The notes beneath the pieces are model-generated. The model ran no database searches. It was not told the origin of the DNA and saw nothing but the letters and a program-made list of their open reading frames with translations. From assembly GCF_030028105.1 (NCBI RefSeq), contig NC_092379.1, positions 46,734,150-46,798,149 of the forward strand: DNA of 64,000 nt, in the 5' to 3' direction. A program made the position numbers and the translations under genes. The stretch comes from Mobula birostris (lineage: Eukaryota). Below, in pieces: positions 1 through 12,719 of this stretch. The number at the start of each line of letters is the position of its first letter. Position 1 is the stretch's first letter.

Positions 1-892
1 TCTACTTCTTATGGGTCCTTGCACATAGCTGCTGAGGGGAGTTTTGTTAGGATGGCATCCCTGCTTCTGGAGTCATCTGGAATACATTTGAAAACATTTA
101 CGCACACGTTCCACACATTAATTAACATTATTGTCTCCTATCAGACACTGCAATCTATAAAGAGGGAAACATTTTCTTTTGGCTCCATCAGTTCAAGGTA
201 CATTTGAAGCAACAGTTCGTTCATCCCCTCTACACCCCTTTGCCTCCCGTCTCCTGTAGTCCTGTTAGGAACAGTGGCAGGACGCAGGCTGATGCCGGCC
301 TCACCGAGTACTCCAGAGGCAACACTTGGCATGTCCTTGTTGAAGCAGTGTAACAAGAAGGCGGGGGTACAGCGCCTAGTTCATCCTCAGACTCTGGCGC
401 TATTTTTTTTTGGAACACTGAGGTAGATACTTACCCTTTGCCTGATCTTCCTCTGCTTTTTTATTCTTTAACTTTTACACACATTGTCCTTTTCACAAGA
501 TTCATCTCAACGCTTTTGCATTTCACATCTACATTCAACAATCTACAATCTTCCCACATTTTCCTTTCTCTAACGATGGCTGAGGCACTCACTTGGTACA
601 TTCCAACCCATACAATGTACTTAACATTCTTAATTGTATTAAAAGTAAATTGAAACAGCTGAGGATATTTTGATTGTCCATCTTGGGGTGTGTTTCACAT
701 CATTCCTGTTTTCTAATCTCGTCTGTCTCCGGCACCCAACACCATGTAAAGAGAAACTATGTTCTTCTAGGCTAACTACCCACTACCACGTTCATTCTCA
801 CCTATCTGTCTGCATTGGCAATATTGGTGCCGGCAGTTTCACTTTAAAGCAAGCAAGAGAAAATCTGCCAATGCTGGAAACCTAAGCACATT

Positions 893-1043
893 CACAAAAT
901 GCTGGAGCAACTCAGCAGACCAGGCAGCATCTATGGAAAATTGTACAGGACAGTGATGACCGGTCTTAGCCCAAAACGTCAACTGTACTCTTTTTTCCCC
1001 CATAGATGCTGCCTGGCCTGCTGAGTTCCTCTAGCATTTTGTG
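893..1043. mobile_element. Penelope-type inverted terminal repeat pair around a degenerate hammerhead
   Basis: Arms 893-936 and 1000-1043 are reverse complements at 41/44. Centre GTGATGACCGGTCTTAGCCCAAAACGTCAAC resembles the hammerhead at 43579. Confidence 0.7.
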
Positions 1044-1749
1044 TGTGTCACTTTAAAGATCTGGATTTGACTACACACCGCCGCAGTCATCCTCTGCTGG
1101 ATGTTGCATTTTACGCTTGCCTTACCGCGACTTCCACAGTATGCAGAGGCCACAATATGCAATGTGTTCCCACCTAGATTGTTGAACCTGTAACACGCTA
1201 TCAGTGAGAATGGTAAGAGAAAGAGTCTTAATATGTTTTTGGTCCTATCTTCTCTGTGCCCTTTCATCTCAGTCAGGAAATAGAGTGGCCGAATGTTGTG
1301 GCATTCACCGTGGGCAGAAAGTTGCATTACTGTAACTCGAAAGCTGCCTGTCTGCTCACATTGGAAGAACAATGTAGCACTTGTATGCATCTCTCGAATC
1401 TTTACTTACATCGGTAGCTGAATTGATTTGGAAAGTTTTCGCATTTCTAATAGACAAAGGCAATGGCCTTGAGACGGATCAATTATCTGCGCAAGTGCAG
1501 TACTGGCTCCCTGTGCAACTCATTGGGCTGTTTAAATAAGAGAACCAAATGGAGAACACGTACTCCCACCATAGTAACGAGAATAACATCCCAATTCCTT
1601 TATGCCAGGTTGAAAACCTTTCAGAGTTGTAGAAACCCAGGAGAAGCCTGTCACAAAATCTTAAAAGGAGCAAGGGAAATAAAATTTAAAAGGAAATGCT
1701 ATCTTCATGCAAGTGGTTCATAACTTTTGGTCACAACAAGATGCAGTGG

Positions 1750-2900
1750 AATTTAAATCGCAAAACTTCACGATTTTGTAAGGGGAAGATAACGCCTTAC
1801 GAGCATGACTCAGGTTTTGGAGGAGGTGAAAAAAATCTATGAAGGTAAAATAGTGAATGTGGTTTACATGGATTTTAGAAAGTGTTTGACAAGGTTCCCC
1901 AGGCAGGCTTTTTACAGAATAACACAAGATGTGGAATCCAAGGAAATCTGGCTGTGTGGATTCGAATTGTCTTACCGACAGAAGACAGAGGATGGAAGAA
2001 GATGGAGGGTATTCTGTCTGGAGGTTATTGATGGTGCTGTTTTGCAAGAATTGTTCTGTGATCCCTAAGCTTTGTGAAGTTTATAAATTAACAGGATGTG
2101 GAAGTGAAAGGGTGGGTTTGTAAGTCTGCAGGTGTCACAAACATATGTTGTTTATGGTGTATATGGTTGTAATACTTTACAATAAGATAAAGGCAGGATG
2201 CAGAGGCGGGTAAAGAAATGGCAATGGAGTTCAATCTAGAAAAGTGTGAAGGGATACACTTTAGAAGGTTGAACTTGAAGAAAGCACAGGGTTAACAACA
2301 GGATATTTAGCGGTGTGGAGGAACAGAGTGGACGATATGAGAGTATAGATCTCTCAAAGTAGCTGCACAGGATAATGTTGCAGCTCTGTAAAACTCTGGT
2401 GAGACATTACTTAGAGTATTGTGCTTAGCTCTGACTATCTCATCATAGGAAGGACGTGAAGCTTTAGTGAGGGAGTAGAATGTAGCTTGGATTGGAGCAC
2501 ATGCCTTACGAAGCAAGATTGTGCAATATAGGGCTTTCCTCTTTGGAATGAAGAAGGATTAGAGACGTTTCAGATTATGAGATGCATAGAGATATTTGGA
2601 AGCCAGCACCGTATTTCCCAGGAAAGCAATGGCCAATACTAGAGGGTACCCTTTTAAGCTGAATGGAGTAAACCTTAGGGGAGATATCAAAATAGATGTT
2701 TTGTTTACACAACAAGTGCTAGGTGCATGGAACTGTTTGCTACGGTCCTGGTAAAGGCATATACAATAGGAACATTTAGGAGACTCTTACCTAGGGATAC
2801 AGATGTAAGAAAATGGAGGGTTATGGGCTGTGTAGGAGGGAGGGGTATAATTAATCATTTAGTAGATTTATATAGGTCAACACAACATCTTGGGCCAAGG
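1750..2900 (+). mobile_element. CR1-type LINE ORF2 3' fragments
   Basis: VNVVYMDFRKCLTRFP and KLW*DITxSIVLSS..HRKD remnants of the DFxKAFDKVP and PHLEYCVQFW motifs. Confidence 0.75.
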
Positions 2901-3619
2901 CCTGAACCGTTCCATGTTCCAAGTTCCACATTTATTGTGCAACGCAGAATTGAATCAATTGGTGCTGAATGTCATCAGGTGATACTAACATAAACTAGGG
3001 CAAGGAGTTAATTCTTAAAAGATAACAGACATGTTAAGAATCCAAAACATTTACCAACGGAATTCGATGGCCTCGGTAATTAAAAGTTAATTGTAATATG
3101 ACAAAATATGGTTTTGTCCAATAGGAGAGGATTAGAGAACTGAACTTCGTTTGGAGATCAACAGAGACTTAGCTTATAGAAGTAGGAGGCATATGATCAT
3201 AGAGAAGTTGGAGAAAAATGAGAATGTCAAAACTGCTCAAAGGTGATCCAAGGATAGAATGAATAATATTGGAAGTATTCAGCATTGAGCAAGATTAGCT
3301 TAAAAGTAATGGATGGCGGAGACGTGCTGATTTCTTGGTTGTCGAAGGCATTTGAAGGAAAATATGCGATGATTGTGTTTCAACAGTGTCACCTACAGGG
3401 AGAACAACATGGGTTGTCCTATCATAATGCATAGAAGTAGGGATATCAGTCCAGCTTGTCCACACTGATGAGTGAGGACCCATCAGTATTAATCCTACTT
3501 TCTATCACTCAGCTCAAAGCCAGAAAGCTGATTCCTGTGCTCCTCCAGATTCATTTGACATGCTGTCAACAGCTCTGTTTCAGGGTTCCCTTTCTGCACT
3601 AAATGATTATGGAGGTGTT

Positions 3620-4720
3620 ACAGATCTCCGAAGGATGACTAGATTCTGTAATGGTTTCTGGGAATTAGAAACTTGCAAAGGTCACTGCACTCTTCAAAGC
3701 GATAAGGAGGCAAAAGACAGTAAATTATATGATAGGTAATAGTTGGGAAGTTGTTGGAGTCCATTAATAAGGATGAGATTTCAGGGTAATTGAAGGCTTG
3801 TGATAAAAGAGACCGAGGTCAGCATGGTTTACTTAAGGGGTAATCTTAACTGACAAATCTGTTGCAATTCATAGAAGAAATAATAGGCAGGTCAGACTAA
3901 GAAGAGGTAGTAGATGTTGTTTACTTGGATTTTCAGAAGGCCTGTGACAATATCAAAATAGTAAAGGAGTAGGAAGTGTTGTCAAAGGAGGGAGTCTACA
4001 GAAAAGTTAGACAGATTAGGAGAATGGGCAAAGAAGTGGCAGTTTTAATTTCATGCAGCCAAGTGTATGGTAATGTACTTTGGTAGGAGGAATAAAGGCG
4101 TAGACTATTTCCCAAATGGGCGAATTGTCCCTCTCAACCCCATTCTCCTCCCAGTAATCTTTGACGCCCTTGCTAAATCAAGAACCTATCAATCCGTGCT
4201 AGGTTATTGACAACAATTTTGGCCCCCCTTATCTATGAAAGAATATGCTGACATTGGAGTGGGTCCGGAGGTGGTTCATGAGAATGATCATGGGAATTAA
4301 TGGATTAATGTACGAGAAACGTTCGTTGGCTTTGGGCCTGAACTCCTTGGAGTTTAGGTTTAAATTGGATCCCCACATTCTTCTATCAAATATTGAAAGA
4401 CCTAGACAGACTGGAGCTGGAGAAGGTGCTTCCTGTAGTGGGTGAATCTGGGACCAAAGGGCACAGCCTCAGAATACTAGAATATCCCTTTAGAACAGTG
4501 ATGAGGAGGAATTTCTTTAGCCAGATGGCAATGAATCTGTGAATTCATTGCTACACACCGTTGTGTAGGCCAAGTCATTGGGTATATTTAAAATAGCATT
4601 TGATCGGTTTTTGACTGAGTGAGCTGTCAAAGATTATGGGTAGAAGACAGGAGAATAGGAATGAGAGGAATAATAAATCAGCCATGATGGAATGGCGGAG
4701 CAGTTTTGATAAGCTGAATA
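3620..4720 (+). mobile_element. CR1-type LINE fragments
   Basis: Degenerate QHGF..GKSCLTNL and VVYLDFQKA motifs, plus the CR1 3' UTR. Confidence 0.7.
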
Positions 4721-5399
4721 GTATCTGTTCCAGCAACTGGCAATGATCAAAACCTAAAATGGAAATGAGGTCACTGTTGAATTAATGTGAAACAATAAAA
4801 TCTACAACTGTTGTAACGTGAATGTTGCAAATTTCTGGAGGTTGTTTGGATCATTAGAGTATTTTTGAGCTCACACTCAATGTGCACTCTGTACAGTGTA
4901 ATAAGTCCCGAATAAAGGAACTTGCTGCTCTATGATATTTCCTCTGCATACTCTCCAGATCTGGGCCATAATTAAGAAGGCGACTGGGCCTACGTGAAAT
5001 CCAAATTCACTGGTCAAGTCAACAAGCAATCATTCCCATAGAGGTGTAGGAGGAATAGTGGCTCTGAGACTGGGGTCAGCATCACTTCTATACTTAATAC
5101 ATAAGTATTAATGGACTTGCACAGTGGCACATCCAGTAAACTAGTTACCTAACAACTCAGCAATCTGTTTTATCTTGATTTCTTGTGCTGTTTTAGTGGA
5201 GTTTGCATGTTCTCTCATTTACTGTGAGTTTACTCTGTCAACACTGGCTTCCTTCTGCAGCCTGAGATAAATGAGTTGGTGAGGTACTTAACAATATTCC
5301 AATATATGGACTGTTTAGTAACAGAGGGACTGAAGTCAATGAACTCACAAGGTTCTGCAGATGCTGTCAGTCTTGAGAAATACTAACAAAATCAGCACT

Positions 5400-6145
5400 G
5401 CACACTGCTACCCACGATCTACAAACCAAACTGCCCGGTAGGCCTATTGTTTCTACCAGCTCCTGCGCACTGAATTCTTTTCTGCATATCTTAACTCCAT
5501 TTTCTCCAATTAGTTCATTCCTTTCCTTAACCCTAACCATTCCTATCTACATCTGTGACACCTGACATGCTCTCCATCACAGCAATAACTTTCTGCTTCC
5601 TGTCCCTGATCATATTATTTTCATAATGGGCATCCAGTTCCAACCCCTATCCATCCCTCATCGTGAAGACTTTATGGCTCTCTGCTTTTTTGTGAACAAC
5701 CAACCTAACCTGTTTCTCTCCAGTACCACTCTCCTCTTTGGTAGAACTGATACTTTCCCTCAACAATTTCACTTTCGGCTCCTCCAATGTTCTCCAGACC
5801 AGAACGTGAGCAATGGAAACTTGCACGGGCCCAAACAACATCTGTCTTTTCGTCGGCTGTGTAAAATGCTCCATGTTCCAAGTCTACACTGGTAATGCAC
5901 TCCATTTTTTTGTTAGTTACATTGAAGACTGCTTCAATGAAGATATGTGCGCTGCTTTCTGCATCTATGCTGAGCTCTTCAATTTCATCAACTTTAGCTC
6001 CAAATTCTACCCAACACTCCAGTTTACTTGGTCCATCTCTGATAGCTCTCTGCTCTTTCCTCAATTTCGGAGACAGATTATCTGCTGACACATTTTACAG
6101 AAACACTGACTCTCACAGTTATTTTGACATGTTCCCACCTTGACA
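5400..6145 (+). mobile_element. Penelope-like element RT fragment
   Basis: MGTxTGPNNICLFVG, YIEDC and ADTFYRNTDSHSYFD motifs. Confidence 0.75.
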
Positions 6146-6184
6146 ACTATAAAAATCATGAATGGAAATGGACAACTGGACTTA

Positions 6185-6406
6185 AAATGAAATGATGTGG
6201 TGTAAAGAAATAGTTAAACTGTGTTTCCTACTTGGTATATGCTAAGGTATTTAACACCAATGGAGGTTTGTAAGACGAAATTAAGTCAACTGAATCTGGT
6301 GATAGTCTGTAGATGTTCATGAACACACATATACATGAAATTCAATACTGATGAAAGATGTTTTCCTCATTTCAGACTTCTTGTCTATGTTTATAAGCTA
6401 TGGCCA
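6185..6406 (+). mobile_element. Putative 5' LTR remnant of an ERV-L-like provirus
   Basis: Direct repeat of 18695-18909 (roughly 70-75% identical by eye), ends in CA, lies upstream of pro-pol. Confidence 0.55.
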
Positions 6407-6839
6407 GGCCGACAGTTGTTCGATATAAAAAGATACAGCCTGATACGACGAAGGAATGAAAAAGTACTGGGGTCAAAGTTTACCTAAAAAAGTAGCTACT
6501 GAGTACACTATCCCCGGATTGCTCTCCAGCATGTCAGAGAGCCAAGGTGGGGAGTGGTAGTCCTGACGTCCCCGAATGGGAGCCCCTCTGTTAAATAAGG
6601 TGGGAGTTCACAAACAATAGGATGCAGCCTATTAGATCCTGGTGTGTGCTTTTGAAAAAGTCATTTGACATGTGTCGTGCATTAGAAAAACCCTATTTGG
6701 GAAAATGGTGACCCTAAAACAGCAAAGTGTCACCTTAACTGAATTTGTACTCATTGAAGCATCACAACGGCACTAAAAGGGATGAGCCTAGTGCCACTCT
6801 CGTGGGGGAAACAATCTGTTTTAGTGCGAAAAACTGTTT

Positions 6840-7887
6840 TAACCTCTTATGATACTGTTACCTAGTGTGGCATGTGCAAAGCAGTGCCCAATTACGGTTG
6901 GATATTCGGAAATCTTGGACACATAGCGGAGCTGTTAAAATAAGAAGTGATGAACACATAACTTCTGAGTATAATGGACCTGTCTATTCAGTATGGAAAT
7001 CATACAGCAGTTCAAAGATGACAATTTGTTGTTGTCAGCTGAAAAAAAACATTCCTCCATTAACTGCTGCTGCCCGGATTTGGTGACCTTACTGGACAAA
7101 TGGAGCAGTACGCCGCATTAGTTCTGGCCAATGCAATCTTCTCTATTCCTCTGTTGCCAGAGTCCCAGGATCAGAGTCCCAGCAAATAGTAAATCTTCAC
7201 TAGATTGGTTCGGGGTATGTACACAGCAGTACACTGTATCATGGACTGATAGTGTGGGTCCTCGATGTACTCGAGCTCTCATCTGGTAGCCCACTATATA
7301 GAAGACATCATGCTAAGAGCCCCTACCGAGAAGGATTAGCTGAAGCCTAGGAGGAGCAGGTAAGTCACATGAAGGACAGAGAACGGGTGATTCTACTGAA
7401 AATACATGGGCCGAGCCAGACAGTCAAGTTACTGGGTTGTCAGTGGGTCACAGCACATGATATAATCCTGGGTAAAGTACAAAACAAGATAGTAAAAATA
7501 GCTGTCCCTAACAATAATCAACAGACGCAAAGGCTTGTGGGGCTATTGAGCTACTGGAGGCGGCGTAAGCCACACCCAACTGTCCTGCTGCGTCCTCTAT
7601 AGCAAGTAACTAGGAAAAGAGGCAACGTTTTAGAGGTCCAGAGCAAGGCTGTCCGAGAAGCTGTGGCTCACACCCTACACCCCCCCTGCGCCTCCCTTTA
7701 CTTGAAATGCTATTTGAGTTACAGCTCTGTACATCAGAACACCGCTCTTTGGAGTCCACAGTAAAAACAAAATAGAGTGAACAAACCCTAGGGTTCTGGT
7801 CCTTTAACCAACCTGATGCAGCTGAATGATACACATCCTTCGAAATGCAATTGCTTGCCTGTTACTGGATATTTGTGGACTGAGCCT
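6840..7887 (+). mobile_element. Endogenous retrovirus (class III / ERV-L-like) pro-RT-RNaseH remnant
   Basis: Frameshifted motifs in ERV-L order: LLxDT, YNGPVYSVWK...PLTAAA, YAALVLANAIFSIP, AHYIEDIML (YIDD at 7295-7306), KIHGPSQTVKLLGCQW, LVGLLSYWRR, LGFWS...Y.SFEMQLLACYW. Confidence 0.85.
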
Positions 7888-8898
7888 CCAGAGATAGTCC
7901 ATCTGGTCCAGGTTATTTATCTATCTTAAGACCTTTAAGTCTGCCTAGCGCTTTTTCCTTTGTAATAGCAATAGCACTTATTTCTGCTCTCTGATGCTCA
8001 CTGACCTCTGGCACACTGCTGGTGTCTTTCACAGTGAAGACAGATGCAAAGTACTCATTAAGTTCATCTGCCATTTCTTTGCCCCCCATTTCTGCCTCAC
8101 CGACATCACTTTCCAGTGATCCAATATCAACTCTCACTGCCCTTTTACTCTTTATATAACTGAAAAAAAAACTTCTGGTATCTTGCTTTATTGGCTAGTC
8201 TGCACTATATTTCATTTGTTTCTCTTCTTATAGATTTTCTTAGTTGTCCTTTGTTGAATTTTTAAAACTTCCCAATCTCCTGACTTCTGACTCACTTTTG
8301 TTGCATTATATGCACTTTCCTTGGCTTTTATGCAGCACTTAACTTTCCCTGTCAGCCATGGCTGCCTACCATTGCCACTTGGGAACGATGCCTTCTGTGG
8401 GACATACCTATCCTGCGCCTTGTGAACCATTCCCAGAAACTTCAGCCACCTCTACTCTACCGTCAACCCCGCCGGTATCCCCCTCCATTCCACCTGGGAA
8501 AGCTCCTCTATCATGTCTCTGTAATTCCCTTTATTCCATTGTGATACTGTTACATCTGACTTATACATTGTCCTCTGAAACAGCAGACTGAACTCAAATA
8601 TGTTATGATCATTCTGCCCTAAGAGTTCCTTTACGTTAAACTCCCCAATAAATTCTGGATTCTTACACAGCACCCAATCTAAGATAGCCCTAGCTCAGGC
8701 ACAAGCTGCTCTAAAAAGCCATCTCGTAGGCATTCAACAAATGTCCTCTCTTGTGATCCGAATTAATCTGATATTTCCAATTCCTTTACATATTCACGTC
8801 CCATATTACAATTGCGACATTACTCTTATTACCATGCAATTTCCAACTCCATTTGCAATCTCAACCCCACATCTTAGCTGCTATTTGGAGGCCTATAT
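7888..8898 (-). mobile_element. CR1 LINE ORF2 fragment (resumes at 10397-10470 after a solo LTR)
   Basis: EMADELNEYFASVFT, ITKEKALGRLKGLKIDK and VKELLGQNDHN motifs on the minus strand. Confidence 0.85.
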
Positions 8899-10396
8899 TG
8901 TCATGGTCTGGATCGGGGTCTCTTTAAATTTACTTTATTTATGTTACGATCCGGACCGTTGACTCCCTGTTTCCCCTTGGTTCCTTGTTTTCCCGTGTCC
9001 GTCGGCCTTGGTGATTAGGGGCAATTTACTCTCAGCTGAACCGGTAGTTTATAGTCTCCGGCTTTCAGCTGTTCGGCGCAAGAGCGTTTGCAAAGTCACC
9101 AAAAGTACGGCGTGCCAATGTCATCTGGCTGGAGCAAACATAGTCTCCGCCCGAAGCGAGTGCCGGTAATTCGCCTTTTCTCACCGGAGCAGCCCTGTCA
9201 AGTTACCTTGCCAAAGCAAGCCTGCAAAGTTTCCTTAGCGAGGTGGGTCCGTCAGTTAACCTGTCAGAGGGCATCTAGAACCGCTATCTACTGTTCCCGG
9301 GCCGAGTCGATAGCTAGCCACTACCCAGAGGCTCCAAATCAAGTCCTGGTTCCGGGGGCATCCAAGTACCAAGCCAAGTCCCGTCCCAGGCGGCACCCAA
9401 GTACCGAGTCAAGTCCCGTCCCTAGCGGCCTCCAAGTTGCGAGACAAGCCCTGGCCCTGGCGGCATCCAAGTTCCCAGTCAATCCCCGGCCCTGGCGGCA
9501 TCCAAGTTCCGAGTCAAGTCCTGTCCCTAGCGGTCTGTGATTCCTGTCCTACCCCACAGTCTGAATCCCTTCTCTGCCCCTCTCGCCTCTAGCCCTCATC
9601 TGAAGCCCTCGCCTGCACTTCGGTCTAGTTCTATCGCCGGAGCTAGATAGGTACTCTCTGGTGTTCTTTCGTGTTGGTCTTGTCTTGTCCTCGCCTCCGT
9701 GTGGTAAGTCTGGCCGTCTTGCCATTGCCCCGCGGGGGTCATGTCTTGTCTTGTCTTGTCCTAGCCTCCGTGGGGTAAGTCAGGTCGCTTTGCCGCTGCC
9801 CTCGCGGGGGGTCACGTCTTGTCTTGTCCTGTCCTGAAGTAGGTGAGTCCTGGCCCTATGTCCTGTACCCAAGGAGGCATCCCGGCTCTGTTCTGTGTGT
9901 GAGTCCCGGCCCTATGTCCTGTACCCAAGGAGGGGTCCCGGCTCTCTGTTCTGTGTGTGAGTCCCGGCCCTATGTCCTGTACCCAAGGAGAAGTCCTGAC
10001 CCTGTGTTCTGTGTATGCGTCCATGGTTCCATGTACCTGCTCTCCCGAGACCGAGGCTCTGTGTTCCCATGTTTCTCCTCTCCCTAGCCCATGCCATGTC
10101 CTTGCCTGGTTCTGGGGTCCGAGCCGGAGGCAAGACCCAGGTACTGGGTCCTGGCCCAGTCTCTGGCTCGGAGTCCATACGGTAGCCTCTTCATGTCTCC
10201 TCTAGTTTTAGGATCCGATTCCGAGTCTTAGCCCAGTCCCTTAGTCCCAGCCTAGTCGTAGTCCTGAGTCCTTGTCCAGTTCGCTATTCCTGCTCCTGCC
10301 TTGCTCTCCTGGTATCGAACAATAAACTAAATTTAATTAACCTCACAAGATGTGGCTTGCATTTGGGTCCAGCAATCCCCGCCCCCCATTGTGACA
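8899..10396 (+). mobile_element. Solo LTR of about 1.5 kb with internal tandem repeats
   Basis: TGTCA...TGACA termini, flanks TATAT/TAGAT (5-bp TSD with one mismatch), AATAAA at 10321, CR1 host continues on both sides. Confidence 0.8.
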
Positions 10397-10469
10397 TAGA
10401 TATGATTCTCATAATGTTGTTTTTACCCTTGCAGTTTTGTAACTCCACCTACAAAGATTCGACATTCTC

Positions 10470-12700
10470 TAACCTAATAAACACTTTTGCTATACCTATA
10501 TTAACATATTCTTTTGGCATAATATTTAGGTCCCAAGCCGATCTGGAAATTTATAAAGATAAATAAGAACTGAACTGACAAATTTCAGAAAACATTATGT
10601 ACTCTCGAATGTGCTTAGCTTAACACAATCTAGGACAGAAGGAGAGAGTGGAATAAAAGTAATTAAAATCTACACAGCCATCAGTTAAAACTTCTAAGGA
10701 TATATTTTCATCCAGGAAAGCAGGATTTAGCACTCCACACAAGCATATCCAATTCTGATAAGAAATATACAGCACTAAACTTAAATGAGTGCACAACCCA
10801 GAAAAACGAAGAAATTAGCACTACTGAAGAAAAAGTTAACTAATGGAAGAATAAGACTTTCCATGGAAGACATTCCTGCGAGCTGCACAGACTAGATGTG
10901 GACAAGGGTATACATTGTCCCAATAGTAATATTTACAGCTGGTATCATCCCAAAGTACTACTCAATAGTATTAAGCAATTAGACCTTTACATCAATATTT
11001 CTGTAAACCTCCAGAAAGCCACACTACTAAACACCACTAGGATAGTCCAAAAGTCCCTCACAATAGAGAAATGAATGTGCTGGGCTATGCTTGTACTTCA
11101 GTTTATACCAATTTCAGCAGAGAGAAAAATAACAATAGAGCAAAAATCGTAATTTATAGACTCAGAAGAAAATAGAGCATCAGATCTAAGACAACCAAAT
11201 GAATTATACCTTGATGCAGTTTTCTATACACGGTAGATATGAAATTATATGCTCTTTCATTAGTACAGCTAAGTTGTTTAATTCAGATTGTAGAACTATT
11301 TGCTAAAGTTATGAGCATGAACTTTGGACTAGATAAATGCAGAATATTATACATAAAGAAAGGTGCAATAGAGCTAGCAGAATATAAAAGATAGCAGCAG
11401 GAAACTATACAACCAATGGGATATCAACAAGCACAGAAAGTAGATTATAGGGCAATAAAGGGAAATTTTTTGATAGAATTTACTTCAGGGCTGAAGAAAA
11501 TTTGTTAAACAGAGCTCAATAGTAAAAGTATAACAAAGGCAGTAAACACTTTCGCTGTGCCCATATCAACGTTTTCTGTTGGCACAATAACATGGGCCTA
11601 AACCGATTTGAAAAAAAAATTACAAAGAAGAATGAAAACTGAAATGACAAATGTTACAAAATACTATATACAGCCGAAAACACTTAGATTAACACCTAGG
11701 ACAGAAGGAGGAAGAGGAATAACAGAACTAATAATTTACACAACAATCTGATAACACAGGACTCAGCACCCCATGTGAGCATATTCAAGTCTGATAAGAA
11801 GTTCTGTACACACCATTAAACTTCAATGAAAGCACAACCCATACAAATGAAAATAAAAATCACTACCGACGAGTATAAGCCTCCGTGGAAGACATCTGCA
11901 CAATATGAGAAGACAGATGTCAACAGGGAAGCATCAACTGGCTGGCTCAGAGATGGAGATCTCTTTCCAGAAGCAGAAAGGTTCCTTGCGACAATACAGG
12001 ACCAAGTGGTAAACACAGAAAGATATCAAAGATGCATAATAAAAGATCAACAAATAAAAGACAATAAATGGCGAAAATGCTAAGAGAAAACAGAAAGAAT
12101 CCAATATATTACAGAATCCTGCGGCAGGTTAACTCAATTTCATTACTTAGACAGGCACAATCATGGGGCAAATATCATTTACCAATCTTGTTTTAAAATT
12201 CAACCTCATAAAATACATCATACTTTACCAAAAATGAAAGGCTGATCCAATTTTAAACTCAGGGTCCTAAATTAATATTACAATTGATGCATTATTACAG
12301 ATAGGACAATCTATATAAACCATCTGGATATAATATTACAGATAAACAAACAAGAACAACTTACTTAATAGATAACGCCACTCCAAACACACCCAACATA
12401 CACAAATCAAGAAGTGAAACACAACAGAAATATGCTGAATTAAAAGAGCAAATTGAAACATGAACATGACTATGTCCCAACAGTAACATCTATATATGTT
12501 ATCTTCCTGAGGTCAAGATTCTCAAAGCCTTAAACATCTCAACCTATATGGTAATATTTATGTAAGTCTCCAGAGAAAACCAATACTAAGCACCTCCAGA
12601 AGAGTCTGAAAGTTCTCAGCAACTGAGAGATGAATGTGTTTGACGATGCCCATACCTCAGGTTTTGCCTGCTTGAGCTGAGAAAAAATCAAAAACATTAA
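10470..12700 (+). mobile_element. R4/Dong-like non-LTR retrotransposon with restriction-like endonuclease; two tandem internally deleted copies
   Basis: INTFAIPILTYSFGII; IQDQVVNT; zinc knuckle KWRKC*..I.ESC..L...YLDRHN; DRTIYINHLDIIL...YLIDNATP; the C-terminal ...LQKATLLNTTRIVQK end occurs twice (~11000 and ~12570). Confidence 0.8.
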
Positions 12701-12719
12701 AAATCAGTAAGAAATAAAT

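Noticed and set aside
2990-3480. Possible further transposon remnant
   Set aside because: No protein motif could be assigned by eye.
6401-6420. TGGCCAGGCC as the ERV primer-binding site
   Set aside because: Alignment with the 3' repeat places TGGCCA inside the LTR end, and I could not match it to a tRNA 3' end.
9846-10015. Regularly spaced repeats resembling a CRISPR array
   Set aside because: Contiguous ~57-bp tandem units with no unique spacers, no cas genes, in a vertebrate LTR.
9088-10205. Pro/Ser/Gly-rich ORFs
   Set aside because: Produced by GC-rich tandem repeats inside the solo LTR.
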